Positions 25,621 to 40,122 are shown, numbered from the stretch's first letter. The stretch is 64,000 nt of DNA from Eledone cirrhosa (GCA_964016885.1 OZ024742.1:80290001-80354000); one strand, 5' to 3'. The notes: generated from the sequence alone by a model not told the origin. Numbers and translations are program-made.

Positions 25621-27249
25621 CCAAAATATTGCTATATATTTTGTTCTTCTGCATTTCGGTGCTCTTTCCTGATCATGGGCTGCTAACCATACCCTTACAT
25701 ATGAGAACTAATATACTGATAGTTGGTTCAAGGTTGATGATTTTGCTTGTTTGCGCTAAGTAGGTCTGTCGATATTTTACAACATAGCCGTGCATAAGAT
25801 TATGCTGATAAATATTCATCCTTTAGACTAGATATATTTGTCGTACATAGATATTATTTACATGAGCCTATTTATTCCCATCTACCATTTAATGCATTAT
25901 ATTAAAATGCTAACGCATATGTAACACCTAAAACCCCATACGCAAGAGAAGATAAAGCCAGAATCAGGCTGCAGATTTACGTCCCCTCATGTTGGCCACA
26001 TACATATTCCGGAAAGTGAATAAAAAAATGAATATGATACTCAATGTATTAGTATTAACTTGCATGTTTTTTAACTGAAAGTTTAATTACATTAGATTTT
26101 ACAATATAGGATTTTTCCCTGAATATATTCCAGTACTAGGAATTAAGAAAATGGAAATTTTTTAAGAGCATCATAATGACTTGGATGCAACAGAAAGGAA
26201 TGAATTCTTGTGGACAACATAATCCTGCATTTACATACTATAGAAGAAAGTCACAGTAAACAATGTGGATAAATTTACCATAACAATGACATCGCTTTTG
26301 TTAAGGGTTCATAACTGTGTGAAATGTAATTCATTAGAATATTCTTAATTGTGATAAGCACTTTGGAATAACACTCACACAATTTGAGCCTGCCAGAATG
26401 GCTGCATGAAAGTTTTCGTTCAAGATCGTCAAGAGACTGATAATCCACCAGTGAGAAAAATAATTAGCTGATGTTATAGAACACCCAAGTATTATCGCTG
26501 CACTCAAATTCTGTTAATTAGCTATTAATAGTAAATTAAATAATCTTCTTATTTAAACTAAAACTGAAACCTAACTTCGGGAGCGGTGTGCATTCTTGTC
26601 ACAGGTATATATATGAAATATACAAGTATAATGATTACAGTGACTTAAATATGTCATGCTGCCATATTAGATGATATTGCTGAAATTTATCTATGGCATT
26701 GAAATCAAAAAAATATAATTTAAATGTGATTGCATTCTAAGAGATTGGACCAATTAATTCATTTAATTCTTATCACTTACATTTGTTACACTTTAGAAAT
26801 ATCCCAGCTCCAAGACATTACGACGTGGCAATTTTACGAATAACTTTAGATGTCTCATCATCAGACTAGTAAAGACTATGAAATCTACAATCAATCAATT
26901 TTAACCGATGAGTTAAAGGGACGCTGACCATCAATTACCAATAATCCACTTGAATTTGCATCCGAAGAATTCAATGGTGGATTCTTCGCTGCTCTACGTC
27001 TAAATATTTCGTTTCAGGGTTAATTTTACCGATTTTCAAAACTATTATGTTAAGTTGTCGACTAATATTTAAAATTGGAAAGACGGCATTTCAATTTCAA
27101 TTTTTCTAAAGATACCGAAGTAAACCACACGTTCAAACCTCTAGCTTTTAACTTGAAATCTTTGAAAATTCAGACAAACAAAATAATACTTGATCTATAC
27201 GTCGGTTAACTGGATAATGTGCTGTTCGATTTCTCACAGGCGCATCTGA

Positions 27250-28560
27250 TTGTTTTGTTACGTTTCCACGAGAACTTTACCTGATTTCTTCAACTAATAT
27301 TATTTGTGAATATCTGCTCGGTTGTTGAACGTCCGGGGAAAAAACCACATTGTTCATCAAATATTGTAGACTCGTGTATCTCCTTACGTTTCTTTGCTAG
27401 ATACTTAGACTTTATCGGAGAGGCTTAATAAGGGGACACCTCTATAGATAGAGAAATCTCTCTTGTTACTCTTTTGAAAATTGGGATTGACACTCACGAT
27501 TGTCATTGCGTAGACACCTTTCCAGAGATCCAGGTGATCCACCACACATAGATGATATGGAGAAGGCCCTCTTTAAATATTTTAACAACTCGGAATGATT
27601 TTCATCTTATCCAGTGTCCTAGCCACATTCGAGCTTTTTAATTGATCTTGTGACCTCAGCCTCCGAGAGATTATTCACTGCTCATAGATGCTCCTGGTGT
27701 ACATATGAAGATGTTGTAATCGGGTTTGGATCAGGAAAGTATACTCTCTACCGCGGGAGAAAGCACCACTCTGAAGAAAGAAGCAGGTGTGTAGGAGGAC
27801 TTCTTATAACGATTCTGGAGGAAGGTCTGAGAGAACAGTTTATTTGCTGAGCTGAAGTAGGATTCAAGTTTAATCCCAAAGTTCTTCCATGCCTCAACCA
27901 TCCATGATTTTCCCCTCTGTGCGGCAACCTTTTACGCCTGCTGTTAACGCAAGAGAAAGAAGGAGGACTTATTTCCAAGCCAAGGTTTATAAGTTTTCTT
28001 CTTTCCTCGGATGGCATGCTTGATCATCTGATCAAACAAAGGTGTCCTTTTTTCCGGTACCACACAATACCGTTTTCCCTATTTAACAGCGGAAGCAATA
28101 GTGTGCACACACCTGTTCCCGAATTGCTTATATGCCAACGCTTCCACCTTATATTGGAAGTGCAGCTGGACCTGAATGTTTTGTGGACTCTCTTGGTGAT
28201 AGGTAGTCTCACGCTGAAGCTGACTTTCCATGTCAGGTCTTCAATGCCGACATGTGAATTGACGTTTCCCTTCAGGATTTATGACTCAGTCCTAACTACA
28301 TAATACACTGCAGTGACTTAATAAAAAAAGGATCTGTTTCCGGGTTAGCAGTTTGGCGCATAATCTTGCACCACACAGATAATTTCCTTTAGCCTTAAGC
28401 ATCCCTAGGCTAATCCTAACTTCAAATGAAATAATACATTCATAACATATTCTGACAGCCAGTGTCATATGAGTAGCCACACTGCCGCCTGTGCAGTCTA
28501 CACTAGCACCACTCCTGTGTAGTTGAGTTTGCATCCTACCTCCAAATGTATAGTACTTGT
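27250..28560 (-). mobile_element. Highly degenerate RTE-like LINE (EN to RT start)
   Basis: Minus strand GNVNSHVG (about 28245-28270; EN GDFNAHVG) and PIF..NKRDFSIYRGVPLLSLSDKV (about 27410-27490; RT start). Confidence 0.6.
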
Positions 28561-28699
28561 CGGTAGTATTTGGGCTCCTCCACTAGCTCCTACTCCTTGT
28601 CTGTAGGGTTTTGTAAGGTTTCAGTTAAGAATTGTCAAAGTTTTTCTCTTCCAGATCCTTCCTGGTGTTCCGGTATATATATCATTTGTGCTTACATCT

Positions 28700-29330
28700 C
28701 ATGCTCATCAGAAAAATAAAGGAAGAGGTAGAAGCCCAAATCGAAATTTTCAATTCAGTATTCGTACCAACCCTTAACTATGGTCATGAATTGTGGGTAA
28801 TGGCCATAATAATGCCATCACGAATAGAAACGGCCGAAATGTTGTTCCTTCGAAGTGACGTTGGTAAAATTTACTCGAAAAAGTGTGTGGCCCGGAAATC
28901 AGAGTCGCTCAAGCCGAAAGTCGCTACTTCTCCGAATTTAGATCTTACATCTCTGATATTTCGGAAATGTTGATAGACTGTCACAGGAGAGATTTTATGG
29001 GCAAAACCAAGCGGCAGGAGTTGGATAATCTCCATGAGCTCAGACGCTCTGACTTGGGAATCGAGCTGGATCAATCGGTGACGAAATCTTCTGACAAGAC
29101 CCGCTGGACGAAGTACTCTGCCCCGACGAACCTCAAAGAAGAAAGAGGAGAAGAAGAAGAATGATGAGGAGGAAGAGGAGGAGGAGAAGAAGAAGAGGAA
29201 GAAGAATAAAAAGAAGAAGAACAATGAGGAGGAGGAAGGGGAGGAGTAGAAGAAGAAGAGGAAGGAGAAGAAGAAGAAGAAGAAAATGAAGAAGAAGAAG
29301 AAGAAGCAGAAGAAGAAGAAGAAGAAGAAA
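28700..29330 (+). mobile_element. RTE LINE 3' end with (GAA)n tail
   Basis: IFNSVFVPTLNYGHELWVM...RIETAEMLFLR, ending CCCCGACGAACCTCAAA followed by a GAA/GAG-rich tract at 29137-29330. Confidence 0.75.
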
Positions 29331-29421
29331 GCTATTGTTTTTTCATTTCCATTTGGAAGACAGCGTTTCAAACCTAAAATTTCAACATTATTTCTTAAGC
29401 CCTCTAGGACCTTTAACACAT

Positions 29422-29499
<78 letters not shown>

Positions 29500-29502
<3 letters not shown>

Positions 29503-30890
29503 TGCCCAGATGCACCTCCTGTACATCCGAAGATGATAATGTGAACGGGTCTACATCAGCAATGTGTTCTCTCAACCTCGGGAGTACGCTCCGCTCTGAA
29601 GCTCGGAGAGCCCAAGACATGTTTCTGATAGCAGGGGTGGATGAGGACTTCTTATTACAAATTCGGCCGATGGTCTGCCAGAACATCTTATTTCTTAGTC
29701 TAAATTCTGATTTCAGCTTAACCGCAAAGTTCTCCCATGTCTTATATTTGGAAGAATTTACTGTCTCTTCTGAGATCCTTCGTGCCTACCTCTACCACAA
29801 GTGGTATTTCCAAGCCAATATTTCTAGGCCACTTTATTTTTCTCGGTAGACCTGTTGACCGCTTCATTGAACCAAGGAGTCCTCCTGGCACTCGGTGCTA
29901 CCCCGGGCCTCTTTCACTCGTTGCATTTAACAGCCGAATCAGAAATGGGGAGCTGAACAATCTCCGCTCGGTTACAACATCCTCTGTTTTCTCAGGAAGT
30001 TGTCTGAATTTGGATGCAATATTATCTACATACCTGGCCCTCATATCTACCAATACTTCCCATTTTATCCTGTTGGTAACCCTGGATATGTTAGTTTTAT
30101 TGGCTTCATTGACCTTAAGTGGTCCCAAGCTGCAGATAATTAGATGGTTATCAGTTGACAGCTAAACCCCTCTCTTAACACGAACATCCAGCACAAAATC
30201 AAAGAGTTCAGAGACAATTACAAAATCAATTATTGATCTCTGTCCCAGATTCCCCTTATACCACATATATTTTTGGATGCCTCTGTGCTAGAAGAAGGTG
30301 TTCATAATTATGAATCCAATGCTAGAACAGAATAAAACTTCTCCATTCGTATTTAGATCGAGGTTTCTATTCCTTCCAATCATTCATTTCTATGTCAGGT
30401 GTTCAGTGCCGACATGTCCTTTGCAGTCACCCAGTAAGATATATGACTCATCCTTATCTACATCTAACGCTGCAATGGCTTCATCAAGTATGAACCTGTA
30501 TCCGGCCTTCTTGTTTGGCCATTAAACTTACACCACCATTAGATACCTATCTTTCAACCTACACATCAAGAGGCAACACCTCCCAGCAAATGGGATTCTA
30601 GCAATAACACGTTCTGACAGTCGGAGACATGTGACTGTCCCCACTCCCGCATGTTCAGTCATTTCTAGTGACACACCTAAATAGTGGAGTTTCCATTCTC
30701 CATCCAAATTTACGGTATCAGAGACACGGAATTTTATTATTGAAACACCGTCTATATCTAGCCGGTAGCATCTAGCCGCTTCTACTATCTGTAAGTGTTG
30801 TGTTATGCAAGGTTCCACTTGTAAAGAATTGTTCCCTTCCGGACTGTCTTTTGGGCCTTAGTATACGCAACCTCTCTACATCGAACTCAG
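29500..30890 (-). mobile_element. Degenerate RTE LINE, endonuclease/linker region
   Basis: EN-like motifs (RYRLDI.GVS, L.GEWKLHY.GV, AGVG, SER..ARI; LGD..GHVG; IINTFF.HR) and FWQTI.RI..KKSS. Confidence 0.7.
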
Positions 30891-31609
30891 GTTTCCTAGG
30901 AGCGATTGCAGGCCCATCGCCAGAAATTTGTGGCATTAAAAGAGGACTGTAGTATATGTTTCGAACAGGTTCCTCAACCTAAGGCTAGAAAGTGTCTCTT
31001 GTTAACCTGCGCGAAGGACGTATGGTATGTTTATTTTTTGTTCCCCTCACATTATTGCAGTTGCAGTTTTGTTGGTCTCATTTGCGCAAATTACTAATCT
31101 GGTACTTTGTCTCACCTGCGTGGAAAATGCTTTGTTAAATGCGTTATAGCTACGTCTCTTGGTTGTGAGAGTTTTCTTGGAATCTACAGGTATTAATCAT
31201 TGCACCCACTGCACTAGTAATTTACCGCTGTTGGTCGGGAGTTTTTTATTCAGTATTTTATTCAGTTGCCTGATTATATCGCAAATAACCATCATAGTTA
31301 GTGGCAGTATCGCTACACGCCACCTACTACAGCTCTGACAAAAAATCAAAATTAAAATTGAATTAGAAGATCGGACTGCCTGTCTTTTGTTCCACTCTTT
31401 TTTCATTCTCTTTGATCTGTCCTGTGTGACCCCTGTTTTGATATATATTTATATATATTAATTCAAAATATTAACAAAAATAGACATGAATTAATATTAA
31501 TAACTCCGGAAAACCATAACTGTTGAGTGCTTCCAATCTATTGTAAAGCTCATTCTTTGATTTATTCATTGAGCCTTGTTTAACCTTTAAATATATACAT
31601 ATATATATA

Positions 31610-31818
31610 TTAGTGAGAAAGAACAAAGGAACTATTATGACATTATAACAAGTTTATTGCCGACAGCCGTTTCGTCCGACCATATGGCTGATTTTTCAAG
31701 GCATATAACATGTGATTGTAAGATCATTATTTACATCAACGTATCACTCAAGACTAGCAGTTTGAAATTGTGGTATACATCTACAGCTTCGCTTGTATAG
31801 TTGGGGTCTATATTCTTG

Positions 31819-31820
<2 letters not shown>
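31610..31820 (-). mobile_element. PLE pLTR remnant with degenerate minimal HHR
   Basis: Minus strand GCC-TTGAAAA-stem II-GAAA-C(GGCT)G-TC-GGC then AATAAA (31702-31653). Lies between TA tracts. Confidence 0.5.
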
Positions 31821-31889
<69 letters not shown>

Positions 31890-31982
31890 ATGTGTGTGAG
31901 TGTGTGTGTGTGTCGGTGGGTGTGTGTGTATTTATATATATGTATATATGTATATATGTATATATATATATATATACATATT

Positions 31983-32047
<65 letters not shown>

Positions 32048-32053
<6 letters not shown>

Positions 32054-32400
32054 AGTAAGTCAAACGAAAAATTTGGCTTCGTATATTAAGGGTGTGTTGT
32101 TAGTACCCCGAAGAACTTAGGAGCTGGACATATCGATGTATTGACAAAGTGGAACATACTTCAACAACATGTGTACCTGACTTTTCCACACCAATTCGGA
32201 CTGCCTGAAGAGTCACAGCCAATAATAGCTGTCACCGAAATATATATAGCAGAGAATTTATAATTTGTAATAACCGAAGCCAAATTTTACATGTTTGACT
32301 TACTTATTTTACATTACTCCGGAATAAACAAACCAACCTGCGTACTTCGTCGAGTGCTCCAATCTGCACGCGGAAGAGTCGGTAAACAACCAACATATAC
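32048..32400 (+). mobile_element. Small PLE-type element with inverted 5' end and minimal HHR
   Basis: 32048-32088 is an inverted copy of about 32270-32310. HHR at 32201-32252. Left flank is (TA)n. Confidence 0.65.
32201..32252 (+). ncRNA. Minimal type I hammerhead ribozyme
   Basis: CTGC-CTGAAGA-GTCACAGC..GCTGTCACC-GAAA-T(ATAT)A-TA-GCAG. Confidence 0.7.
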
Positions 32401-32419
32401 TAACAAAAAAAAAAATATA

Positions 32420-32423
32420 TAAA

Positions 32424-32487
<64 letters not shown>

Positions 32488-32515
32488 GATGTAGGAGAGA
32501 CAGAAGCGAGAGAGA

Positions 32516-32596
<81 letters not shown>

Positions 32597-32610
32597 TAGA
32601 TAGATATATG
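32420..32610. repeat. (TA)/(GATA)/(GA) compound microsatellite
   Basis: Direct reading. Confidence 0.95.
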
Positions 32611-33327
32611 CAGGAGGTATGTTTTGGCTTAAACTGACTTTTTTTCTTTCGTAAGATTGATAAAGTTAGATAATGCAATTTTCTTTTTTGCTTATATTTA
32701 GATGTGTAATGCGTGTGACGGAAAGGAAAGAAAAAAATGATACAGAATGTGTGGAGCAGAGCTCTGTGTTGTTGTCTAAATGTCATAAATTAGTGTCAAG
32801 CAATATTAGAAATGTAATTTAAACTCAGAATATTGCAGCGAGTATTTAGCTACGCACTGCCTGCCATGCAGCTGTAAACTATGATGAGTTACCCAGTTGT
32901 AGCATCATTTAATTATGGAAAACTACCAACCGTTAGTATCATGTTATTCTAAATAGCATTAACTGAGTAAATATGGTGTGGACATTGTATATAATCAAAA
33001 TCGTATAATTCTTTTCGCATGCGTCATTAAAATGAACATAAGTATATCACATAGACAATGATGACACTGTCACTCAAAATTAGCTGTATGAAGCAAACGT
33101 TTGAGGTTTTTAAATCAGATTTAGCCCAATTACATACAAATAAAACCTTTACTATAGACGTGTTAGGTTAGCATAAAACATGCACACACACAACACACAC
33201 ATATATATATATATATTAATATACATATGTGAGGGACGTGTTTTTGTCATGATGGGTGTATGTATAATATATATCCACATATATATAATTATATATATAT
33301 ATATATATATGTGTGTGTATGTGTTAG

Positions 33328-33380
<53 letters not shown>

Positions 33381-33979
33381 TATGCGAATTTATTGTGCTT
33401 GAAGGGGAATTAATCAGAAAACATGAAATATCTGTTTAAAATAGGTATCATGGGATTTAACTGCACTTGAGTATAAATGTATGAAACTATTGGACCATGA
33501 TGTACGGCTATCCCGCACTTGACGCAAAAATACAGAATATATATTTAATACTGTCACATTTTCGTTCAGGACGGTTGAACAAATGTCAGATAAAAATTAG
33601 TCAGGTAATGCTAATATGCAATAAAACTGACATTATTTCTATCAAGATTTCAACATTTATAGATTTTGAGGTGGAACCTTTCAAGTGGTCTATGATTTTT
33701 ATCTTCGATATGGGAACCATTACAACTTAAAGCTCGACATTATTGTCTGATCTGTTTTGCCACATGATTCAATATTTGGTGATAAAAACCATTCTGAATA
33801 TATATTATTATAAATATATTCTTCTTATCAGATTTGATACATTTTTATTTTTATGTTCCTTCATATCAACCAGGAAATTACGTTAATGTTGCTAACAGTT
33901 GCTTTTCAACAAGTTTCCTTTTTCATACACACCCACAAGTTTCAGATTGTTGCATTGTATTGTTTTTTTTTGTTTCATT

Positions 33980-34039
<60 letters not shown>

Positions 34040-34290
34040 TTGCTGCTGCTGCTACTGCTGTTACTGCTGCTGCTGCTACTACTACTACTACTAATAATAA
34101 TACTACTACTACACTACTGCTGCTGCTGCTGCTACTACTACTACTACTACTACTACTGCTACTACTACTACTACTACTACTGCTGAGGCTGCTGCTACTG
34201 CTGTTACTGCTGCTGCTGCTGCTACTACTACTACTACTACTAATAATACTACTACTACAACTACTGCTGCACCTGCTACTGCTGCTGCTG

Positions 34291-34324
<34 letters not shown>

Positions 34325-34516
34325 AAATACTACTGCTGCTGCTACTACTACTGCTACTACTACTGCTGCTACTACTGCTACTGCTGATGATGATGCTACT
34401 TCTACAACTACTACTCATGCTGATGCTGCTACCACCCACTACTACTACTACCATTACAACAACAACCACAGCAACAACAGGAACCACTACTTAGTATACT
34501 ACTACTGCTGCTGCTG

Positions 34517-34575
<59 letters not shown>

Positions 34576-34578
34576 CTG

Positions 34579-34640
<62 letters not shown>

Positions 34641-34655
34641 GCTGCTGCTGCTCTG

Positions 34656-34712
<57 letters not shown>

Positions 34713-34720
34713 TTACTACA
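33980..34720. repeat. (CTA)n/(CTG)n compound trinucleotide microsatellite, about 740 bp
   Basis: Direct reading. Source of the poly-L/T/Y/S ORFs. Confidence 0.95.
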
Positions 34721-35805
34721 TTATTTTATCTATAGAATACATAAAATCTAGATAATTTTGCAATAATGAAACAGAGTTTAGTATGTTGCTGCAATGCCAG
34801 GATCGACCGTGGCAAAACCATGCTTTATAATCTGATAAAAACATAAAGAATAGCAACATTGGCATCAGATGCCAACATGTGGCTGCAATGTTTCATACAA
34901 TGACGATATATGAAACGTATAAATATTTAAAAAAAAAAAAAATTCGGAAAAAGGTTTACAATACGCTGTGATTTTGTTAGGTATAAATATACGAGAAAAG
35001 AGAAAGGAAAATTGTTAGTTAAGTCAATGTTGCGAGCTAACATTTAAAATAAATGTGTTAGTATAAAGCATAACATATAACAAGTATTATAAATTACACC
35101 TAAAATATTTAAAGCATAAAACATGTGGCACGCGTAGCCCGTCTTCGCAAAGTTACAAAATCATGGTTGATGGTGACATTTTCAAACCGATAAGACTGTT
35201 GCTTCTGTATAATAATGTCTCAGGCAGAATTTTTTTCATTTCAATTTGTATTTATTTTATGAAAGTAAGATATAAAACATTAAATACAATTTAGTTATAA
35301 ACGGTATCAACTTTCTATGTATGTACAACGTCGGGATGAAGACTGTCTCATCTGTACTATCATGTTTCAGTTAGTGTTAAATTTTACTTTGATTTGTATA
35401 TTATACTGGAACAATGTAAACGGTTTTCAGAATAAACAATTATTTATAGTAGATTATCGGTATGTATCCAAACCATTAACCTCGAAATGAAAGAAGAAAA
35501 TATTTAATAAACAAACGCGACAGTGATAGAGATAAACGCATATGTGCGTCAGGTATTGCACACCCTAGTGAATAGGCTCAAGGGATGCAACATATATCAT
35601 ACGCAGCTGCCAGCAAATCGTATCACGGCAATATCTATCAAGAGAATATGATATCATGTTAAAACATTGTAGAGTATCATTCTTAGAAAGAATTGTATTG
35701 ACGACACACATATTAAACCAAAACACTATTTGAATGACTAAGGTAATGACAGATAAACATTCCAATTGATGTTTGGCTGAACAAAATTTATATGTATATA
35801 TGCGT

Positions 35806-35876
<71 letters not shown>

Positions 35877-36051
35877 TTTGTGGGTGTGTGTGTGTGTGTG
35901 CGCGTGCATTAGTATGTGTATGTGTGTGTGTGTGTATGAGAGTGTGCATGCATTCATAGATGTCTCTCTATATATATATATTTCGTTTCTGAATTTGTTT
36001 AGCAAGATTCTTTATCTGAAAATGTGTGTTGAAACCGATATTGTTATGTTT

Positions 36052-38101
36052 TGGGACGGTCATGTTGCCAATAAGAAACCGACGCACCAGCTGTTTCAAT
36101 CCAATTTATTATAAATTAAATTATAAATTTCCGGTTGATTGGATGGTTGTTCATATATTGTCACAGTCCTTTCGTCACACATTCTTTGACCTCATCAGTG
36201 ACCGGGGATTCTTTTCTTTGTGTTGTGCCTCTCCTTTGTTCTGTCCTACGCCATCTTGTTTTTGTGTGTGTTGTGTGCTTAGTTTGTGCATGTGTTACAT
36301 CCGGGTGTCTGTGTGTGTTTTTATTTGTTTATTCATTTGTTTATTTACATGTTACTAGTTGGTTGTTTGTTCTGTGTGGTTGTTTTCATTTTGTCCTTAA
36401 TTGAAAGTTGTGATGTTGCTATTCCATTCATGTTTTCTATTTAATTTTGGTTGGAGTTCATTTATCTTTATTGCCTCTGTGATTTGTCTAAACATTGCGT
36501 CTTTTCTGTGTGTAGGTTTTATTGTTATTTCTATGTTCTCTAATTTGCCGTTATGTTCTATTTTAGCATGTTGGTGGAGTACTTATGAGTGTTTTTCTAT
36601 TTTGAAGCTCTTGCCAGTGTCCATTTAATCGTTCTCCTATACTACGAGCTGGCTCACCTATGTACATTATATTCTCATCTTTACATTGTCCCTCAGTACA
36701 TCGTATGCTATATACTATTTTTCTAGTTTTGCAGTTAATATAGGGGCTTAATTTACAGATTATGCTTTTCTTATCTATACAAGGACGTCTTTGAAAAGAG
36801 AATTTCTTGCTAATAAGTATTTTTATGGAGGTACCTGGTCTTTCCACTATCTTAATATATAGTTTACGTCTATCTAGGGCCCTTCTAAATTTGTAGGCTA
36901 GTTCACCTCTAGGGGTTGTATCGATGAACATTACACTCTGGTATTTATTGCTATCATACCATGAGTTTATTCTATTAGCCTTATTCCTAGTTCTTTCTAT
37001 TCTATTCCAAAATTTGCTCCTATACAAGGGCCAGGTCCCATTTGTGTCATTATTTACTATTTTTTCCCATTTGATTCTGGCTCCTCTATATAATCTGATT
37101 TTATCTCTCTGATTGTAACCAGAGAACTGCATACGGTGGATGAAGTGCTGTATGTGTCTCTCTAGTTCTTCGGGGTTGCACATGCGGGACACGTTCCTCA
37201 TCACCCGTACTAAATCCGCAATCAGTATGTTGATTTTGGTGTGGTCCGAAACAGCTGAGTTTCGGTGGATCAGGTATTTGAAAGTCATGGGTTTGGCATA
37301 ATGGGAATGGAGGATTTGTTTTTTGCTATTAATGGTTTCTAACCAGAGCTCTGTGTCTAGTACAGGTAATCGATGGTTGGGGTGTTTGTTTGGGTAGTCT
37401 AGAGTAACTTTAATACTCTGGTGGATGGAGTTAGCTATTTGCTGGATGCTTTCCATGGTGTTTTTCTCTAATTCCTGACTGTTCTCTAGTAGTGGTGTAT
37501 ATACTACGATGTTTATATCATCAACGTAGCGGGAGTACATTATCAGGGTTAAGAGGTTGTTGTCTTCTAATTGTTCTTTAAGTTTTTTGTCCCACCATAC
37601 CATGAATAGGTTAGTTATGTCACCTGCAATGCTAAAATCAATGGCTGCTCCCTCCTCTTGGGCATATGTTTTTCCATTAAATTTGAATCTGAACATATTT
37701 GAACTAACCCTTAAGGAACATATGTTCATATTTAATGGAAAAACATATGCCCAAGAGCAGGGAGCAGCTAACTAGTAACACGTAAATAAACAAATAAATA
37801 AACAAAGAAAAACACACACTGACACACGGATGTAACACATGCGCAAACTAAGCACACAACACACACAAAAACAAGATGGCGTAGGACAGAACAAAGGAGA
37901 GGCACAAAACAAGGAAAATAATTCCCGGTCACTGATGAGGTCACAGCATGTGTTACAAAAGAATGTTGACAATATATGAACAACCGTCCGGTTGTGGAAC
38001 CAACCAACCAACCGGAAATTTATACATTTATCTTAAATTTATAATAAATTGGAGTAAAGCACTGGTGCGTGTGTTTCTTATTAGCAACATGACCCTCCCA
38101 A
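36052..38101 (-). mobile_element. 5'-truncated Penelope-like element with inverted pLTRs
   Basis: 36052-36361 is an inverted copy of 37769-38101. RT-GIY-YIG ORF lies between. HHR-like cores at 36160-36203 (-) and 37927-37970 (+). Confidence 0.9.
36410..37700 (-). pseudogene. Penelope RT (domains 4-7, thumb) + GIY-YIG endonuclease, truncated and frameshifted at C-terminus
   Basis: F.FNGKTYAQEEGAA, YSRYVDD, LPVLD, HY.KPM, IVYSIRC...YIGEPARSIGERLNGH in ORF 36563-37729. Confidence 0.9.
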
Positions 38102-38104
38102 GTA

Positions 38105-38165
<61 letters not shown>

Positions 38166-38170
38166 CTAGT

Positions 38171-38212
38171 ACGAGCTGAGGATCCACTAAGGTGAAACAA
38201 TTGTCCTTGGTA
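38171..38212 (+). ncRNA. Minimal hammerhead motif (dimer type) in a pLTR fragment next to (TA)n
   Basis: CGAG-CTGAGGA-TCC(ACTAA)GGT-GAAA-C(AATT)G-TC-CTTG. Palindromic loop III. Stems are short. Confidence 0.55.
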
Positions 38213-38304
38213 TGGTGAACTAACTGTTGTGTAACCACTTCTACCTAACTCGTCCCATTCCTGCTGCATTGATCTCATCACATTTTATTAAATAACATAA
38301 ATAT

Positions 38305-38690
38305 TTAATAGACAAGTCCGTGCAATGTCCATGTACGTGAACGACCGAACATGGATGTGTTGAGAGAGAAACTGTGTTTAAGAGGGATACGTTGTAGGGT
38401 GCAGGAGAGAAAACTCTGATGATATGGACATGTCATGCGCATGGAGGATGACAGCTGGGTAAAGATGTACCAAGAAATGCCAGTAGAATGAAGACGCAGT
38501 AGAGGAAGACCACGAAAAACATGGGCGGAGGTGGTGAGAGGAGTATTCAGATCGCTGACGCTCACGGATGAGATGATATAGGACCGTGACAAGTGGAGTG
38601 ATGCTGTGCTGAATAGGACCCGTCCCACCCTGGCAAGCAGGGAAAAGCGGGCGTAAAATAATGAGGATGATGATGATAATGATGATATTC
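38305..38690 (+). mobile_element. RTE LINE 3' end with (GAT)n tail
   Basis: RKL*..GHVMRMEDDSWVK.C....RGRPRKTW...R.D...DRDKW, then a GAT-repeat tail. Confidence 0.8.
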
Positions 38691-39579
38691 AAAATACATT
38701 GATGAAATGGATGAGTAAATGCGCAATTAAAACGATATTAGTAATATAGAAATAAGGTGCAGTAACTAAAGATATTTTGCTAAAGAAAGTTTCCCGTACC
38801 ACCTTCTGTTGCTTTGAATGACCAGCTACGTGTGTGTGTGTATGTATGTGTGTGTGTGAGAGAGTGAAAGAGAGAGAATGTGCGTGTGTATCCGTGGGTG
38901 TGTGTATGCAAAAAGCAAGCATAAATATCAAAGCTAACGGGACAATATGTATATATATGTATTGTAATGTACGCGTGTATATTTTCTGGGTGTGTATATA
39001 TATATACATATATATGAATGTGTCTGATTTACTTTGAACCTATTACTATTCATTCTAAAAATAGTCTTTCTTCTTTATGAATATAGTTTAGGTTATTAGT
39101 TTCTGACCAACTAGACCTTCCGTTAGATATTTAGATATTTATTACTTAATTAAACACCCTAATTTTTGTATTGTTTTCTTAATATATTCTACTAATGTTA
39201 ATCTTATAATTGTTGTTTCATCAATTAATAAGTATTATTACACATATATGTTCTAGTTGTGTACTAAAACATTATTTTATTGATTAGTGTATGAGTGTCA
39301 GTGTGTAACGGTTTAGCAACATGTCTTTAGTTACTGCACGTATTTCGAATACTAATACCGTATCGAGACCATAAAATGTTAAGCCTTTCCAAACAATATT
39401 TTGAATCTGTTAAGTTAAGATTTAAACAAATTTCGACATGTGCTTAGTAAATGATTATGTTATTTATTGATTCTAATGAAATCAATACAACATAGATGTA
39501 TATATATATATATACATATATATGTAAGTATGTATGTATACGTACATACATATATGTATACAGACGTACAGTAGCATGC

Positions 39580-39620
<41 letters not shown>

Positions 39621-39831
39621 CATATACATACACACATGCATACAGGTACACATACATATATGCACGCATCAGTTTAGCCGACGTTTATTATAACACCGGC
39701 CGCTTTGTTCGTTTGTTTGTCAACAAAGCGAACAGCCTGAATTTATGCCATACGGTGTTAAGGCAACCACGTCACCTTTTTGTTCAACACTGACACAGGA
39801 ACGATGTACTAGTTTCAAGTATGTGTGTATG

Positions 39832-39884
<53 letters not shown>

Positions 39885-40122
39885 GCATGCTACTGTACGT
39901 CTGTATACATATATGTATGTACGTATACATACATACTTACATTTAAGTAAGTGCCATACTAAGAGTGAGAAATGAAATTTCGTTTTCATTTTTTTTCAAC
40001 TTATCGTTTTCGGTATGCCTGACCGATTTAACTCACTCAATATGCAAATTAGGCTGCTCAGCCGTTAATTTTCATAAGGAAAGTATATACTTTCGAACGT
40101 TCAACTATCTGGCAGATGGGTA

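Noticed and set aside
28871-29686. 271-aa minus-strand ORF
   Set aside because: Chimera of an RTE fragment, (CT)n/(CTT)n repeats and antisense RTE sequence.
33834-34494. Poly-L/T/S/Y ORFs up to 213 aa
   Set aside because: They are a trinucleotide microsatellite open in several frames on both strands.
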